NCBI GenBank assembly: GCA_964035545.1
Contig: OZ037767.1
Coordinates: 14,121,801 to 14,185,800, forward strand
Source: Bugula neritina
Lineage: Eukaryota > Animalia > Bryozoa
DNA: 64,000 nucleotides
Reading direction: 5' to 3'
Part shown: piece after piece, positions 22,553 through 36,020 of the stretch
Numbering within the stretch: the stretch's first letter is position 1
Layout: every line of letters starts with the position of its first letter
Notes under the pieces: generated by a model
The model's database searches: none
Seen by the model: the letters and a program-made list of their open reading frames with translations, nothing else
Told to the model about the DNA's origin: nothing
Translations under genes and position numbers: made by a program

Positions 22553-25500
22553 CTAAGTAGTTGACATAAGATCATCTCCGTCTCCATTTTCCACCGAATC
22601 TACAAAAAAATAAAGTTTGCTGATAAACTTGATATACAAAGACTAAAGTCTATGAAGTTGATAATAGAAGAAAACTCTGCATATAACATAAGTTCTAACA
22701 AACTACCTTGCGAGGAGAGGGCGGCCTCAGTCATGCTCCGAGCCAAGAAATCTAAACTCTCGTTGATCTCGGGCTCAGTTGCCACATTCTTCCGCACGAC
22801 TGGTTGGTGAGGTCTGATGGGCGCTGACTGCGTCCTGTGAATTGCCGACCTGGCAGCCATGACGTTCATCTGTAAACACAGAAACATATGATCACAGGCT
22901 ACACTTAATAAACCATGTAATAGAGTAGCAAATTATGCGTCCAATTTTAATAAGTTTTCCCTTCAATCTTTGCAGTTCTATGAATAAATCTGAAAATCAA
23001 TTATTGATATTTAACAAAGATATTATTTTTGATAATTTATAACTATTGGAATGATAGTCATTAATCTAAAGATCAAAGTTATTAAAGGCAATAAATTCCG
23101 TTATTAAGCCAAACGTATTTGAAGGTTTATTATTGACATATTGAATTATTTACCAAACTATCTGTGAGAATAGTGGGGGGAGTCAACTTTACAAAGAAGA
23201 AGATCATACGACATTAGAAATGATAATTTGTCTTTGCAGGCATTTAAAATATTCAGTGCCTTAACTTTGTTTCAAAAACCTGAATAAAATTATGTAAATT
23301 TCTGGCCTTCAAAGCCCTAAGCCTCCAACTATAACAATACACCAGAGTTTAGTGCGACTTAAACATTATCATTTTTGGCACCAAAGTTATTTGTTGGCAA
23401 AAAAAGGCAGACAAAAGGTTATGGCAATCTTAGTACATCAAAACCAATGCGAGCAAGATAATACACAATCTTATAATATAATATACTATACTATAGTAAA
23501 ATTATTAACCCCAACAAAATGTAGCACAAAAGCCCAATAAAAAGTCAATCAATTTCAAATAACTTCAACTCGGTTTATGCATGGATGTTACAAATATGCA
23601 GCCTATTATCATGAAATAACATCACAGGAACACATTGATATATTTAATGCAAATATTTTGGCAATGGAATGTCGTAAAAGAAATCAATTATAAATAAAAT
23701 ATAATTTTTCACACATATGGAGCGGATTTGGAAGAATTTGTCTATGAAATGTTTGGAGGAAATGAGGAATTATATGAGAAGATTAGAGCAGTGAGGAAAT
23801 TTTATACAACTGTTACATATTATGAAGATGGATGACACAGCATGGTGAAAGCTGACACCAGATGCCGCTACCCACCTGAGGCTTAGTGAGGTGGCTATGC
23901 TGGGGAACCGTGAGGTGCTCAGGCCCGCTATATGTCACCGTGAGGGGCTTCTTCTCAAACCCGCTGTACCAGGGCTGCTGTCCCTGTATAGCCCGCTGGG
24001 CGTAGACAGCACCACCGTTGGAGCTGGATCCTCCCCGTCTCGTCGTGTTCCAGCTGTTAGTACGACTGTAGCCAAACATGGGATGTGAAACGTTTGACAG
24101 GAAGAATATTCTAGATTTCCTCAGTTATATTAATAATATACACATCAATTATCTTTATAAAAAACTTGAATAAAAGAGTTTATCTTTAAAAAAATGATTG
24201 CAGACATATAATTTTGCAACATTTTGGTACAAACAGCTTAACAGATAATAATTATTCAGAGCTAACAACAGAAGTAGAACCGTGAACACTGAAAGTAAAG
24301 CCTGGGAGCATCTCTTACCACATAACAACAAATTTCTTTGATCTGGCAAAAACATCCGACAAAATAATACAGTACACGCAGTAGTTAGTACAGTAGCTAC
24401 TGTAACACAAACAGGGGCTACTGTAGCATACACTGTAGTTACTCTAGCATACACAAGGGCTACTGTAGTTTACACTGTAGCTACTGTAGTAAAAACAGTG
24501 GCTACTGTAGCATACACAGTAGCTACTGTAGCATACACAGTAGCATATACAGTAACTAAGGCAGCTCATACCTGGTAGACCTGTGAGCGGGAATTCTCTG
24601 CTCCTGCCGCCCGGTAATCATCCTCCCGTTATTCCTCTGCAACACTTGGGACTTCCACTCATGCAGCAGTTTCCTCTGCTTCATTGTGAACGCCTCGTGG
24701 TGGACGCACTTGTCAATGAGATGGATGTAGAGGGGATAACACTCATCGTCTATCCTATTGTTGACTAGTAGCTGGGTGCACACTGTAATAGATGTGGTAT
24801 TGTCATGGTACACGGTGTAACATATGTGATTATGTCACGGTACAGGCTGTGATAGATGCGATATTGTCATAGTACACAGTGTAATAGATGCGGTATTGTC
24901 ACATTACACAGTATAATAGATGTGGTATTTTCACAGTACGCAATAAATTACTGTCTTGACATACAATGTGATAAATGTGTAACAGCATACTGCAAGTGCA
25001 TTGAACTGCACAGTGCGACACTATGTAAGACAGACAGACAGACAGACAGACAGACACACAGACAGACACACAGACAGACAGACACCACAATTAAAGCTTT
25101 CACCTGTAAACTCACATCAACACTCAAGTTTATATCACAAGCACAAGGCTTGCCAAAACCACACTTCAAATCCTCACATTATTGTTATTGCATCGCAGCT
25201 TATAAATGTTTATAAAATGACAAAATCCAGGTTATTTATCTTCAGTTTCAGACCAAAAGCTCGTGTTGGCAACGTGCCAAATCTCACATCCTTATGTACA
25301 CTGAAATCACTTCAGCTCTCCAGTGCCAAAGATTCCCACATGTGATATGTCAGTATAATGGGAGTATTTCGTAACCGACCACTGCCAGCTTAGCGATGTA
25401 GACAGAGGATTAATGGTGGCACGTTGTTTACAATGCCAGGATGTCATGTGTTGGTGTTATATGCTTGGCGAGGAACAACGCATTGCGCAAGAGCTGTGTT

Positions 25501-28500
25501 CAGGAAACGAGTTGTTATATATGAGGGGTGAGAGAGTGTAGGTGAAGATAGACTCAGCTCCATCTATTTAGTACGTCATGCGACAATTTTGTGCAAACAA
25601 ATACCTCGCGTGAAAGAGCACAGTCTATGAAGCTGAATGCAGTTAACACAAGTTGAGATTGTGAGTTGTCAGTATTTGATAATTGAACAAAACCAGCCAA
25701 TCAGCTTTTAGCACAGCTGCGGTACTTACGTCTGCCCATTAGCCGGTTGATAAGTCCGGGCAGGTCCGCGTCTGAGATCTCTGGAGATGGATTAGCGCCC
25801 TCTGGTGGAAAGTACGGCTTGATCGGAGAATGAACTATCGACTTCAAATCGGTTAGCACTTGCTTGAGGTTGGTAGCTGTAACAGACGTTACTACTAGAG
25901 GTGGCTGTACACGTGTGAGACATAGTAGAATACAGTACAGAGTAGACAGTGGTACTACATAGAGATGTAGCCTCAGTACCTTGCATGACGTCTTGCTCCA
26001 TAGACCGAAGCTCCTTAGTCCTCTCCCGCAGTTTAGCAATAGACTGGGCTAGTTTATTTCTAGCACCTTTCGTAACATTCTAAAAAAATTGGAAAACTTT
26101 TTCGACATATATTGAGAAACTTTTACACTGTTTAAAACTTTTTTTTTGATTTATGAGTCTAAAAATGTTACAGGCAACAAATTTATAAAGAAAATACAAT
26201 CTTTTAGCTGATTAAAATAGTTATAAGAAGTGAGATTTCCACATTCGCCCAATCAAGAAGTACCATGTAATTCTGTGCGGAAATAAAAGATCTAAAACGA
26301 CTATAATTAATGAAACACGCAGCAATTACCTAAATTTACTAGAATTTGAGATTCAGGCAAGTTGTGTCTGAGGGTACGTAGTGGTGATAATTAACATTTA
26401 ATAACTTCCCAGTATACACAGAGCTGCGTTCTACATCCGTACTAACTTGTACCAAACATAATTCTAACAAATCACACTTCATATCATTGTTATCCAATTA
26501 ACTATTAATTAGAAAGGCCTGGCACGATTCGGCACCATCGATAACAGAAAAAAATACATAATTATTTCCTAAATTTGAACTTTGATGATGTTTTTCTCTC
26601 AGAAAATGAAAAGAAATGTTTTCTTCTATCAAATTAGAATGTTCATGGTTTCACAACGTACAGCTAATCTCTTTACTGTCAGAAGTAGAAACCAGTGGCT
26701 TCCTTGGAACAGACGAGTTATGAATATAATTAATTCCCTAATCCTCGGCCACAAATCACAATACAGCCTATACAGACTAGTATGGCTTAGTAACTGTACT
26801 ATCCCTAGCAGGTAAAAACTTACTCTCTCCTCCAGCCACTTCTCGTCTACCTGCAGCATATCTTCGTAGGCTACGTTTACGAACAGGGAGCTGTACTTGT
26901 GCAGCCTCAGCCCCTTCAGCCAACCTGGGAACTCTGCAAAGAGTCAAGGTAACAACTTCTAGTATCACAAATTCTGACCAGGGAGGTTATTATGTAAATA
27001 ACTGGTTTTATTTATTCACGAATGACATCATCTCGAGATGTAAACAAGACAAGAGCGGATTCACAACCAGCAGTGAATCAACTCAAGCAAAAACTATCAG
27101 AAAATCAATAGAAGCAGTCATATGATTTATAGGTTGGCAGAAACCGCACACAGTAGCCATGTTCCCACACTCTGTAATTTATATTATTAATAACACGGGT
27201 TAATGTGTGTCATTATAATAATGTATTGTGTGTGCCATAGCTGGGGTAGAGGTAGGTGATTGTCCCTGCACGCTGTAGGCTGAGGTAGAGAGCTGACAGG
27301 GTTAGCTTTGCTTCACCTCATGAATAAATTAATCACAATACCCGAGTACCTTATTCCTATCCTATGGTCAGTATGGGGAGGGGGGGGGGTAACGTAGAGT
27401 ACTGAGAGAAAAGGATAGAACCAGGTAATCAGGTGACCACTTGAAATGATATGTTATTCAAATGAGTGAACTTAAAACTGGAGATGATGCAATACAACTC
27501 TTGATCTGCACTCAGGAAGGTGCGGCTTCAAAGCTAAGTTTTCGCCGGGAGGACAATAAAGGAGTGGATAGATTGAAAAAAGGTGAAAAGTGAAACCGAA
27601 AATATGGCAGCAATGGGAGTAAGTAGTGAGGCAGGTGCAGAAATGGAGAAAAGCCTGTCTTCTGGATTAGAAAATTAATAAAAAAGTTATGTTCTCTCGA
27701 GAACTCCAACCGCGCCCCAAACTAAAATTTAATAATAAAATTAAAGAGCTTAGGCAATCTCAATTTCTCTACTACCGCTCCTAAATGTACGTAGTGTGGT
27801 TTGCAGAGAGAATAACCAAAAGAAAAAGAGAATTGTGAAAGTATTTGTCACAGAATGAAACCAGAAACCACCCACCTTTCATGCCGCTGTTCTCCTGGTA
27901 GAAGACGCCCATTTTAGACGGCTCATGGTCACTATCAGTAGAGGAGACGGAGCTCTGGGGTGAGAGGGGGCCGTGGTCAGAGTGGGGAGGAGAGATGTTA
28001 TCTGCAACAAACATAGCATATTACTGCAGATGACAGTCTAGACATAACGTACTCCTTTAGTGAGTTGGAGTGGATTATAACATATTCGAGGTGGTGCAGT
28101 AATTGAGAAATTGAAAAAAACCTGTGTTTTAGATTAGAAATATAGCAGAAGAAGTTATGTTTTCGAAAGAATTTTAACCCCAAACCAAAATTTGATAATA
28201 AAATTAAAGAACTTAGGCTATCTTAACTTCTCCCCTATTATTCCTAAATACCACTTTAGTATACAATAAACTAGCTGCCAACATATGTGGTATATACTAC
28301 ACACACCACACATAGTGAACAGTATCACAAATGTAGGATTGTTTAGAAAATATAACTCAGCCAAGCATTCAGCTGATTGTATCGAGTGAGTTGGTGCCTG
28401 GAACTGCCTGGAACGACACTCTATGTAAACAAAACAACAATTTACTGAGCAAGCTTTGGCTGAGGCCCAAATTCCAGAGTTGCGTTACATATTTAGAGGG

Positions 28501-31500
28501 AAGAGTATTCATGGAGTTCCCCATTCCACAGCTATTTGGTGCGAAGCCATCCAACACACTGAGTGTGTGAGAAATATTCATATGGATATGAATGTGCACT
28601 GAAAACTATGTGGAGTTTACCATAATAATAATAATATAAACTGAATATGGAGAGAAGAATACACAGTATATAATATACACACAGCTCTTATTGGCTGAGT
28701 CCAACTCAAGCTCAAACTAAAAGTTGCCTACAATTTCCAAACCTATTTTTAATAGTAACACTTTCATCAACATTTACAGTAAAGTGTCCCCCTACCCTGG
28801 GCTTTCCCCATCCAGCTGGAGATTTCCACAGAGTTCTGAGGTGCCTGGGCTCTCCACTGACTAGCGTTAGATCCTCCCTGCACAGGTCGGCACGTCTCCC
28901 CACTGCCCTTCCTCTGTACAGCCTGGTGGTTGGCGTACGACCTCGTTCTAGACAGCTTCCTATGGTTGTTACCAAACACTCCGACGCCGCTACCATCTAC
29001 ATAGTACGATATAGAGATATCACATCTACATAGTATATATCTACATAGTATATATCTACATAGTTTATATCTACATAGTATATATCTACATAGTATATAT
29101 CTACATAGTATATATCTACATAGTATATATCTACATAGTATATATCTACATAGTATATATCTACATAGCATATATCTACATAGTATATATCTACATAGTA
29201 TATATCTACATAGTATATATCTACATAGTATATATCTACATAGTATATATCTACATAGTATATATCTACATAGTATATATCTACATAGTATATATCTACA
29301 TAGTATATATCTACATAGTATATATCTACATAGTGTATATCTACATAGTACAGAATAGATATATTATATATCTACTCTAAAATTTGAACTGTACTTTCTC
29401 GATTTTAGCTGCCAAGTATTGCTTGAAAGGCAATAAAATGTCACAAGTCAGAAGTCCTGCCATTGCCAAATAAGTTTCTAATTGATACAGATTTAGCCAA
29501 GCAAAAATCTGGTTTGAAAATGCAACACGGTATGAATAAACCACATTATTGAATCCCAATGACCAGGTCTGGCGCCGTTAACGACAGAATTGACTGAAGG
29601 AAGGATTAGATGGGCACACGAACTTACACGGAGGGGCGGAGTTTGTAGCGTGGATAGGAAGATGGCGGTTGGACACATCCACGTCTGCAAACAAGTCACT
29701 GGCTGAAAAAAAATAAAAACAAACATTTACAGACTGATAAAAGGACAAACAGGTAGCTGTGGCAGAGCAACAGGAAATGGTATATATCGCAATAGACTCA
29801 ATTTAAGACAACTTGGGCTAGATTAAATAAAATATATGATTATATATTACAAATAAATAATAGCAGTTATATTTTCAACATCCTCAGCTAGCTAAGGATG
29901 TTAGTAACTTAACTAAGTATAAGACAGTGCGAGGGAAGTTTGATAGTTTGTGAAAAATAAGACCAAAGCAAAATTCGGTCCAACATTTAATGTTGAACCG
30001 AAAATGGAGATTTCTGGTTTTCAACATAAGACTGAAAAGTAATCAATTCGTTTAGATCAAGTTACATCATAGAGCGTTTGCACCAACTCTGTCTTTATTC
30101 ATCTTAAAAGAGCAGAATTTTTAGTAAACTTATAATAAAAATCACTATTTAAATAAGAGAAACGAATAGATAGTAAGCTACTTTGTCCTCAACACAATCA
30201 GTAGTCTTGTTGGTCGGTAAAATCATAATTCTATGATATGACCAGCTCAGCTTAAAATAATGACTTTCCTGTGATTGTGTTTCAGAAGGTCAAGGTTGAA
30301 GACGAGTAGAAAAAGACAATGTAGACAGGTCGTCCGTAGAAACGTTTTATAAAAGTCCAACTTTATTTACCAAAATTATTAATTTTAGTAAGAATCCTAA
30401 CATGATAAAGAATTATCTAGTCTAGGTGCTGGCCAGTAAACTGAGAGTCCAGTGTGGGTAAGAGAGAAGAAGAGGGGGGGGTGCTGTATTAATTATTTTC
30501 CTCATTAAAATGCAACCATAACAATGACTCACAGTATATGAATATATGTAGCTGCATTTGAAAGTTTTAGATTATAAACTAAAAGCAGATAATCTCTTTG
30601 AATCAGAGTTGTACACACTGATCTCTATCCCCAAGTCTGCACCACCAGAGTATTAGTACCAGAAGAGGTCATTTGAAAGGCAGAAGAAAGAACATGAGTC
30701 ATAATAGCAAGCATTAAACTGATCCAAATTACAGGAGTTAGATGAGTAATGAGTAAATGAAACGACAAACCCTAGACTTATAATCGAGAGAGATTACACA
30801 CCATCTAGGACTCTTATTTCTAAATATAGAACTTAACGCAACAATGATATACAATGAAAGGTTACACAATGCAATGAACACACACAACAATCAAGTGGTT
30901 ATGAAGTGGTGGTAAAGTGCCTGTTTGATCCTCCAATTGTGTTCAGAAGTTCAACAAAGCTGGTTGGCAGTTCTAAAAATAGCGCAGTCCTGGTTGGCAA
31001 AAAATTGAGACCCTCCAAATGAACCGGCAGAGAAGGAGCTGTATTTGAGATTAGAGGGGAAGGCAGAGAACTGAGAAAGAGATGAGAAACTAGAGTAAAC
31101 AAGAATAAAGGAAATCCAGAAAGAAGAATAAGAAAATTAAAAAAGAAAACAAAGAAGGAGAGAGAAGAGGAAGAGAAAATATTGGGTACGATAGAATTAG
31201 GAAGTCTAATTATTCAGAACTTGTGATTATTCAGAAGAGAAGTGCTGGAGCACTTGATGTGGCAGATACATGCTAATTTAAATTCTTCACAAGATGTCAG
31301 AGGAAAGTAATCAAAAACTAGACCGTTTCCTGTTTTGAAACTTTTTAAACTAAAAGGGAATGAAAATAAGAAGTGCCATCCGTTCTTTCAAGCAGAGAAG
31401 AATTGGTTTAAAAATATCTACAACTGATTAATTTAAATATTTTAAAGGGCGATTTATTTCACCCCAACTGTTGAAACTCAACGAAATGAAGGCAACAGAG

Positions 31501-34500
31501 TCAGATTGAATACAGACTATACTGAAGTTGTTAATATCTAGTGGGCCCAACAAATTGCACGTCAAAGGCACCAATATGAATCTTGAGAGTTGAAAAGGCT
31601 TTACGTGAAAATATGGAGAAAATGTTGCCCAAGTTCTTACCCAGTTCACTTTTGATCTGAGCTGTTGGGGTGGGTAGAGTCGAGTCCGAGTCGATTCTGA
31701 TTTGTTCAGCAAAGTTGGAGAGACTCTGGATGTTGGAGTGGGTCATCTGCGTTTGCGTTATCTTCATGGAGTATTGCTTCTCCAGCTGGTTCAGCCATCT
31801 TGTAAACTGTGCCCTGGGACCATACAGTAACAACTCTAGCAAGCTGTAACTATATAGTAACAGCTCTAGCAAGCTGTGACTATACAGTAACAACTCTAGC
31901 AAGCTGTGACTATACAGTAACAACTCTAGCAAGCTGCGACCATACAGTAACAACTCTAGCAAGCTGTGACTATACAGTAACAACTCTAGCAATCTGCTAC
32001 CACACAATAGTGAGTAAGAAAATGCTAAACCTTATTTAACACTAGTTTAACTATACTTGCCGCACTACTGCTCCTATATTTAATTAATTCTCAAAGTAAA
32101 ATTTCAACACCCTTACTGAGTTTGTTAAAGCTTTTTTCCCTTGCTAGAATAATGCAATCCTCATGTATCTAATTCAATAAGTTGTTTCAAGAAACTATAA
32201 ATAACAACCTTTTCAACTAAGTCCAGGTGCAAAACCAGCATTGACGAAATGACACCCACGCAGATTTAAAGGTTAAAAATATATTAATTAACCAAAATGG
32301 CAACCCTCTTCCTTTTCAATTATAATCGAGTAAAATCATTACTGAGCTATATGTCCCGGATGAAGCATGCTGCATCAGAACTTGGCAATGTTCAGATGTG
32401 CACAAACCCTGGTGGGTTAAAAAGAGGATATACCAGGAATTTAGAAAGTTTTTAAGAAATGGGAATGCAAAAGATGCACAGTTTAAAATATTCAGTCAAT
32501 TTCTCTCAACTCTTTACACCAATTACAGTTACTAAAGAGTTAAATGGGCTATTTCAATCCTATCACATGGTAAAACCCAAAAATTAGGTAATTACCTTAC
32601 ACGCCAGAACTTTATTACATACATCTTCAAATTACATAACAATTTCATGGCAATAGTTTTAAAAACGTGACAAATTAAATTTCTTGTGAAACTGTAAAAG
32701 TTATAGAATGAATGGGTGGGTCAGAGAGATAGACACACTATTGTGCAATGAGCTCCTAGGTAAACTGATGCACAATCTTAATATCTGAATAATTAGAAGT
32801 CAATAAAAATTAAAATGCAGCTGAACTACGCAGTCTTATCAGATTGTACTGAAGGAGGAAACGACATCCGCAACCCTAACTCTGTCTGATTGTATGCTAA
32901 TCCTATTAATTTGAGAAATACTACCTGAAGAGAACATTGGTATTGCAATTATATTACCAATGTCACTGTCGTTATATGAAACATTTCGTATTCTGTCTGG
33001 TCAACTTTGACCTCAAGGCTCCCACCTAACTAAGCTATAAAATCCCACCTTACTAACCTACAGAATCCCACCTTACTAACCTACAGAATCCCAGCTTGCT
33101 AAGCTATAAAATCCCACCTTACTAACCTACAAAATCCCACTTTACTAACCTACAAAATCCCACCTTGCTAACACAACATACTAGCTCACCTTTCGTCATG
33201 GGAAACAGCTGGATGGATGAGGGTGTAGGTTAGAAGCTTTCTGCAGTCTTCTACTTTGGTACCACATTCTACTGAGTTGGACAAGGCCTGAGACAAACAG
33301 ACAGACAGATTAGCATGAATTATACATAAACATAGCAACGTCAAAGTATTAACACAAAAACACTCAATTAGCACTATGTAACAGTAATAATTAAATATTA
33401 TATAATCAGAAACTTCACAGATTACATGTAATTATTATTGATAGATAACCTACATTACAGTTCTAAATTAGTACTCTAGATGCTGATATATTATTAGTGT
33501 GTGAACATTAGAAGGACATGCCTGTGAACATGCCATTAGACAAACTTGTGTGAACATGCCATTAGACAAACTTGTGTGAACATGCCATTAAAAGGAAGTG
33601 TTAAGTGAAAATGCATGTAAAACGGGCCACTAGACAAACACTGCAGTAGGAACACTGACTGTACCTTGGGAATAATACGGAGATATTCATCCTTGACAGC
33701 GTGGTTCCCGGGATGAAGGAGGGGGAAGTGGGTGAGAAGTTGCTGCGTGAGCTCTTCCTTAGTATACTTGATACTGTCTAGAGATTGCACAAAGTCTGTA
33801 AGAGATCAAAGGGTAGAAAATAAATAACTCTGAACTTTTAAACTGCGGAAAGGCATTTTCTATGAATGGAGGCCGACTGTTCCAGACAATATATCCATTA
33901 GGAACCGCTTAACATAACCTAAAGATGGTGTAATCCATTAGCTAATGCCTTCCTGAGACCGTCTAACTTGTTAATTACTAGTTGAAAGAATACTAAAAGA
34001 CTGAATATAATAGAGAATAATAATATAATAATACGGAATATAAACTCTTACTGGAGCCACATATATAGTGATATCATACTGTTGCAATCAGCATAAAATA
34101 TGCAGTTCTGTTTTAATTAAATTAATTTATTAGGAATAAACATTATTGAATATTGTCACTATTATTGAGCAAAAATACTTCAGCAAATTGTGAAAAAAGA
34201 AACATTGCCAAAAATAGTTCCCGAACAACAAATTGAGAAAGAACGTGCTAAATTCCAGAATCAACAGGATACAAGCCACCGAAACTCAAACATTTCTGTC
34301 CAACAAGACAAAAAGACAAGCAGAAAGTGTCAAAGTGAAATACTCACCGAGTTTATTAGCCTGGTTCTCTATAGCGTCTACGGCAGCGTCACTTGATGCC
34401 TGCTCCTGCAGCAGATGTTCGATGAAGCGAGCCTGGTTGGCGGTGAGCTGTCGGAGAAGAGTGTATAGAGCCACCACCTGTTCACAGTCACTCCACTGGC

Positions 34501-34561
34501 CAAACCACTGACTGAACGTGTATATCTGTTCACTGAAGAGTGATGTGCCACCTTTGAACAT
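22553..34561 (-). CDS. SAMD4: Smaug/SAMD4 RNA-binding translational repressor. Exons include 34561-34348, 33795-33665, 33287-33190, from 31813, from 28996, 26933-26824 (SAM), from 24782, 22869-22707, 22599-22553
   Basis: N-terminal [31 protein letters not shown]; [12 protein letters not shown]; SAM domain [29 protein letters not shown]; CTQLLV; C-terminal [17 protein letters not shown]. Internal low-complexity exons less certain. Confidence 0.93.
24370..24554. repeat. Degenerate ~21-bp intronic minisatellite
   Basis: gtagctactgtagcatacaca variants. Confidence 0.8.
24783..24942. repeat. 32-bp minisatellite (5 copies) whose terminal unit contains a Smaug acceptor
   Basis: ctgtaatagatgtggtattgtcatggtacacg and variants. 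Confidence 0.85.
25028..25084. repeat. (CAGA)n microsatellite
   Basis: Direct inspection. Confidence 0.95.
27634..28248. repeat. Two diverged ~150-bp direct repeats (27634-27785, 28093-28248) flanking a Smaug exon
   Basis: Shared blocks gattagaaa, aagttatgtt, ccccaaac.aaaattt.ataataaaattaaaga.cttaggc, tcctaaat. Confidence 0.8.
29024..29351. repeat. 15-bp minisatellite (~22 near-perfect copies)
   Basis: Unit ctacatagtatatat. Confidence 0.97.
31814..31997. repeat. 30-bp minisatellite (6 copies) ending at a Smaug acceptor
   Basis: ctgtgactatacagtaacaactctagcaag variants. Confidence 0.95.
33020..33171. repeat. 23-bp minisatellite (~6 copies) beside a Smaug donor
   Basis: aatcccaccttactaacctaca(g/a). 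Confidence 0.9.
33518..33589. repeat. 26-bp tandem repeat (~2.5 copies)
   Basis: tgtgaacatgccattagacaaacttg. Confidence 0.85.
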
Positions 34562-34705
34562 ACTCTGCAGCCTACCATATAGTATACACTATGTTAATAT
34601 ATACAATAATATTATAATATGTTATTATATACAATAATTTACAGAAATTATATATGACAATGTATTCTGTAATATATTGTTATAAACAACATTGAGCTTT
34701 ATTAT

Positions 34706-34738
34706 TAGTACTAGCACCTACTACTACGACTACTGCTG

Positions 34739-34790
<52 letters not shown>

Positions 34791-34960
34791 GACTACTGCT
34801 ACTGCTGCTACGACTACTGCTACTACTACTGCTACTACTACTACTGCTACTACTAACACTACTTCTATAATTATTACCACTAGCACTACTACTACTACTA
34901 CTAGTACTACTAGTACTACTACTACTAGTGCTAGTACTTTTACTAGCACTTCTTCTACCA
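34706..34960. repeat. (ACT)n degenerate microsatellite
   Basis: Direct inspection. Confidence 0.95.
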
Positions 34961-35880
34961 TTCCTTAGTGTTATAAATGAGATGAGGACGGAAAAGATGA
35001 ACCAGCTAATAGTAAATTAATGCCACCCTTTGCTGAGACTGTAACACAGTATAATTTGCATATAACACCAAAGAAACAGTTGATTAGATTTGATGAAGGG
35101 GTAACAATAGAGCTTTAGATGGCGAGCTGTAGAAAATGAGTTGAGTTAATTACCTACAAGACTTGCTCCGGTTAGCTGGCAGCAAAAACTGACTGAGAAG
35201 ACAATTTTAAACTAATTTCATGAAACTCTAAAGTTCTACACCATTTCCATGCTGAATAGTAGATAATGTGAAGATGAGATTAAATTTCAAATTAATATTC
35301 TGAGAATAGAATTAATTATCAACTTAGATAAAATATCTAGATTTTATGTTAATAGCCACTAAACAACGTGGAACATATGGAGGATGTGAAAGGTGATGCG
35401 TGTAAACTGTAAAAGAATGAGTTTATACCCAGCACTGCAAACTTCATCACTAGAATTCACTCCGATGCCAAAGTAACTACAGCCAACAGAGGCATCTGCG
35501 CTCTGCTTCTTGTCTACTATCTGGCAGCAGCTGGTAGAAGCGTCAGCGAGTTGAGCGAGTTTGGCAGAGGCATCAAAGGTGAGGGTGCAGCTGGTTGATG
35601 CGTCAGTGGTGAGGAGAGAAGTGTGTGGGGGAGTAATGAGAGACGGTGACAGAGTGTTAGAGAGACATGAGTTAGTTTCAGTGGTCTCTGTGGCAGCCAT
35701 ATTGGTATTCTTGACTTTGGAAGGTGAACTAGTGCATGAAGAGAAAATACAATCAAGGAAAGATGAAAGTTTCCCAGGCTGGGCTGAAATACTGGGAAAA
35801 GAACTTGGAAAGATTTGCAAGGAAGCCACAATAACAACCCCAATGATTAAGCTAACTGGTTTCTAGGGAATATTTCTATG

Positions 35881-36020
35881 AGCAGCGCCGAGTTGGGGGT
35901 GACGGAGTGATATAGTTTAATGTTCTTGAGTTTGGAGTTCCAAGTTTCAATTTAAACCCCCAACTTCAGACTCGGGAACCCCAAACTACTGCACTCAGTC
36001 ACCCCCAACTCGGAGCTGCT
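35881..36020. mobile_element. 140-bp MITE
   Basis: 29-bp TIRs agcagcgccgagttgggggtgacggagtg / cactcagtcacccccaactcggagctgct (27/29 complementary). Confidence 0.8.
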
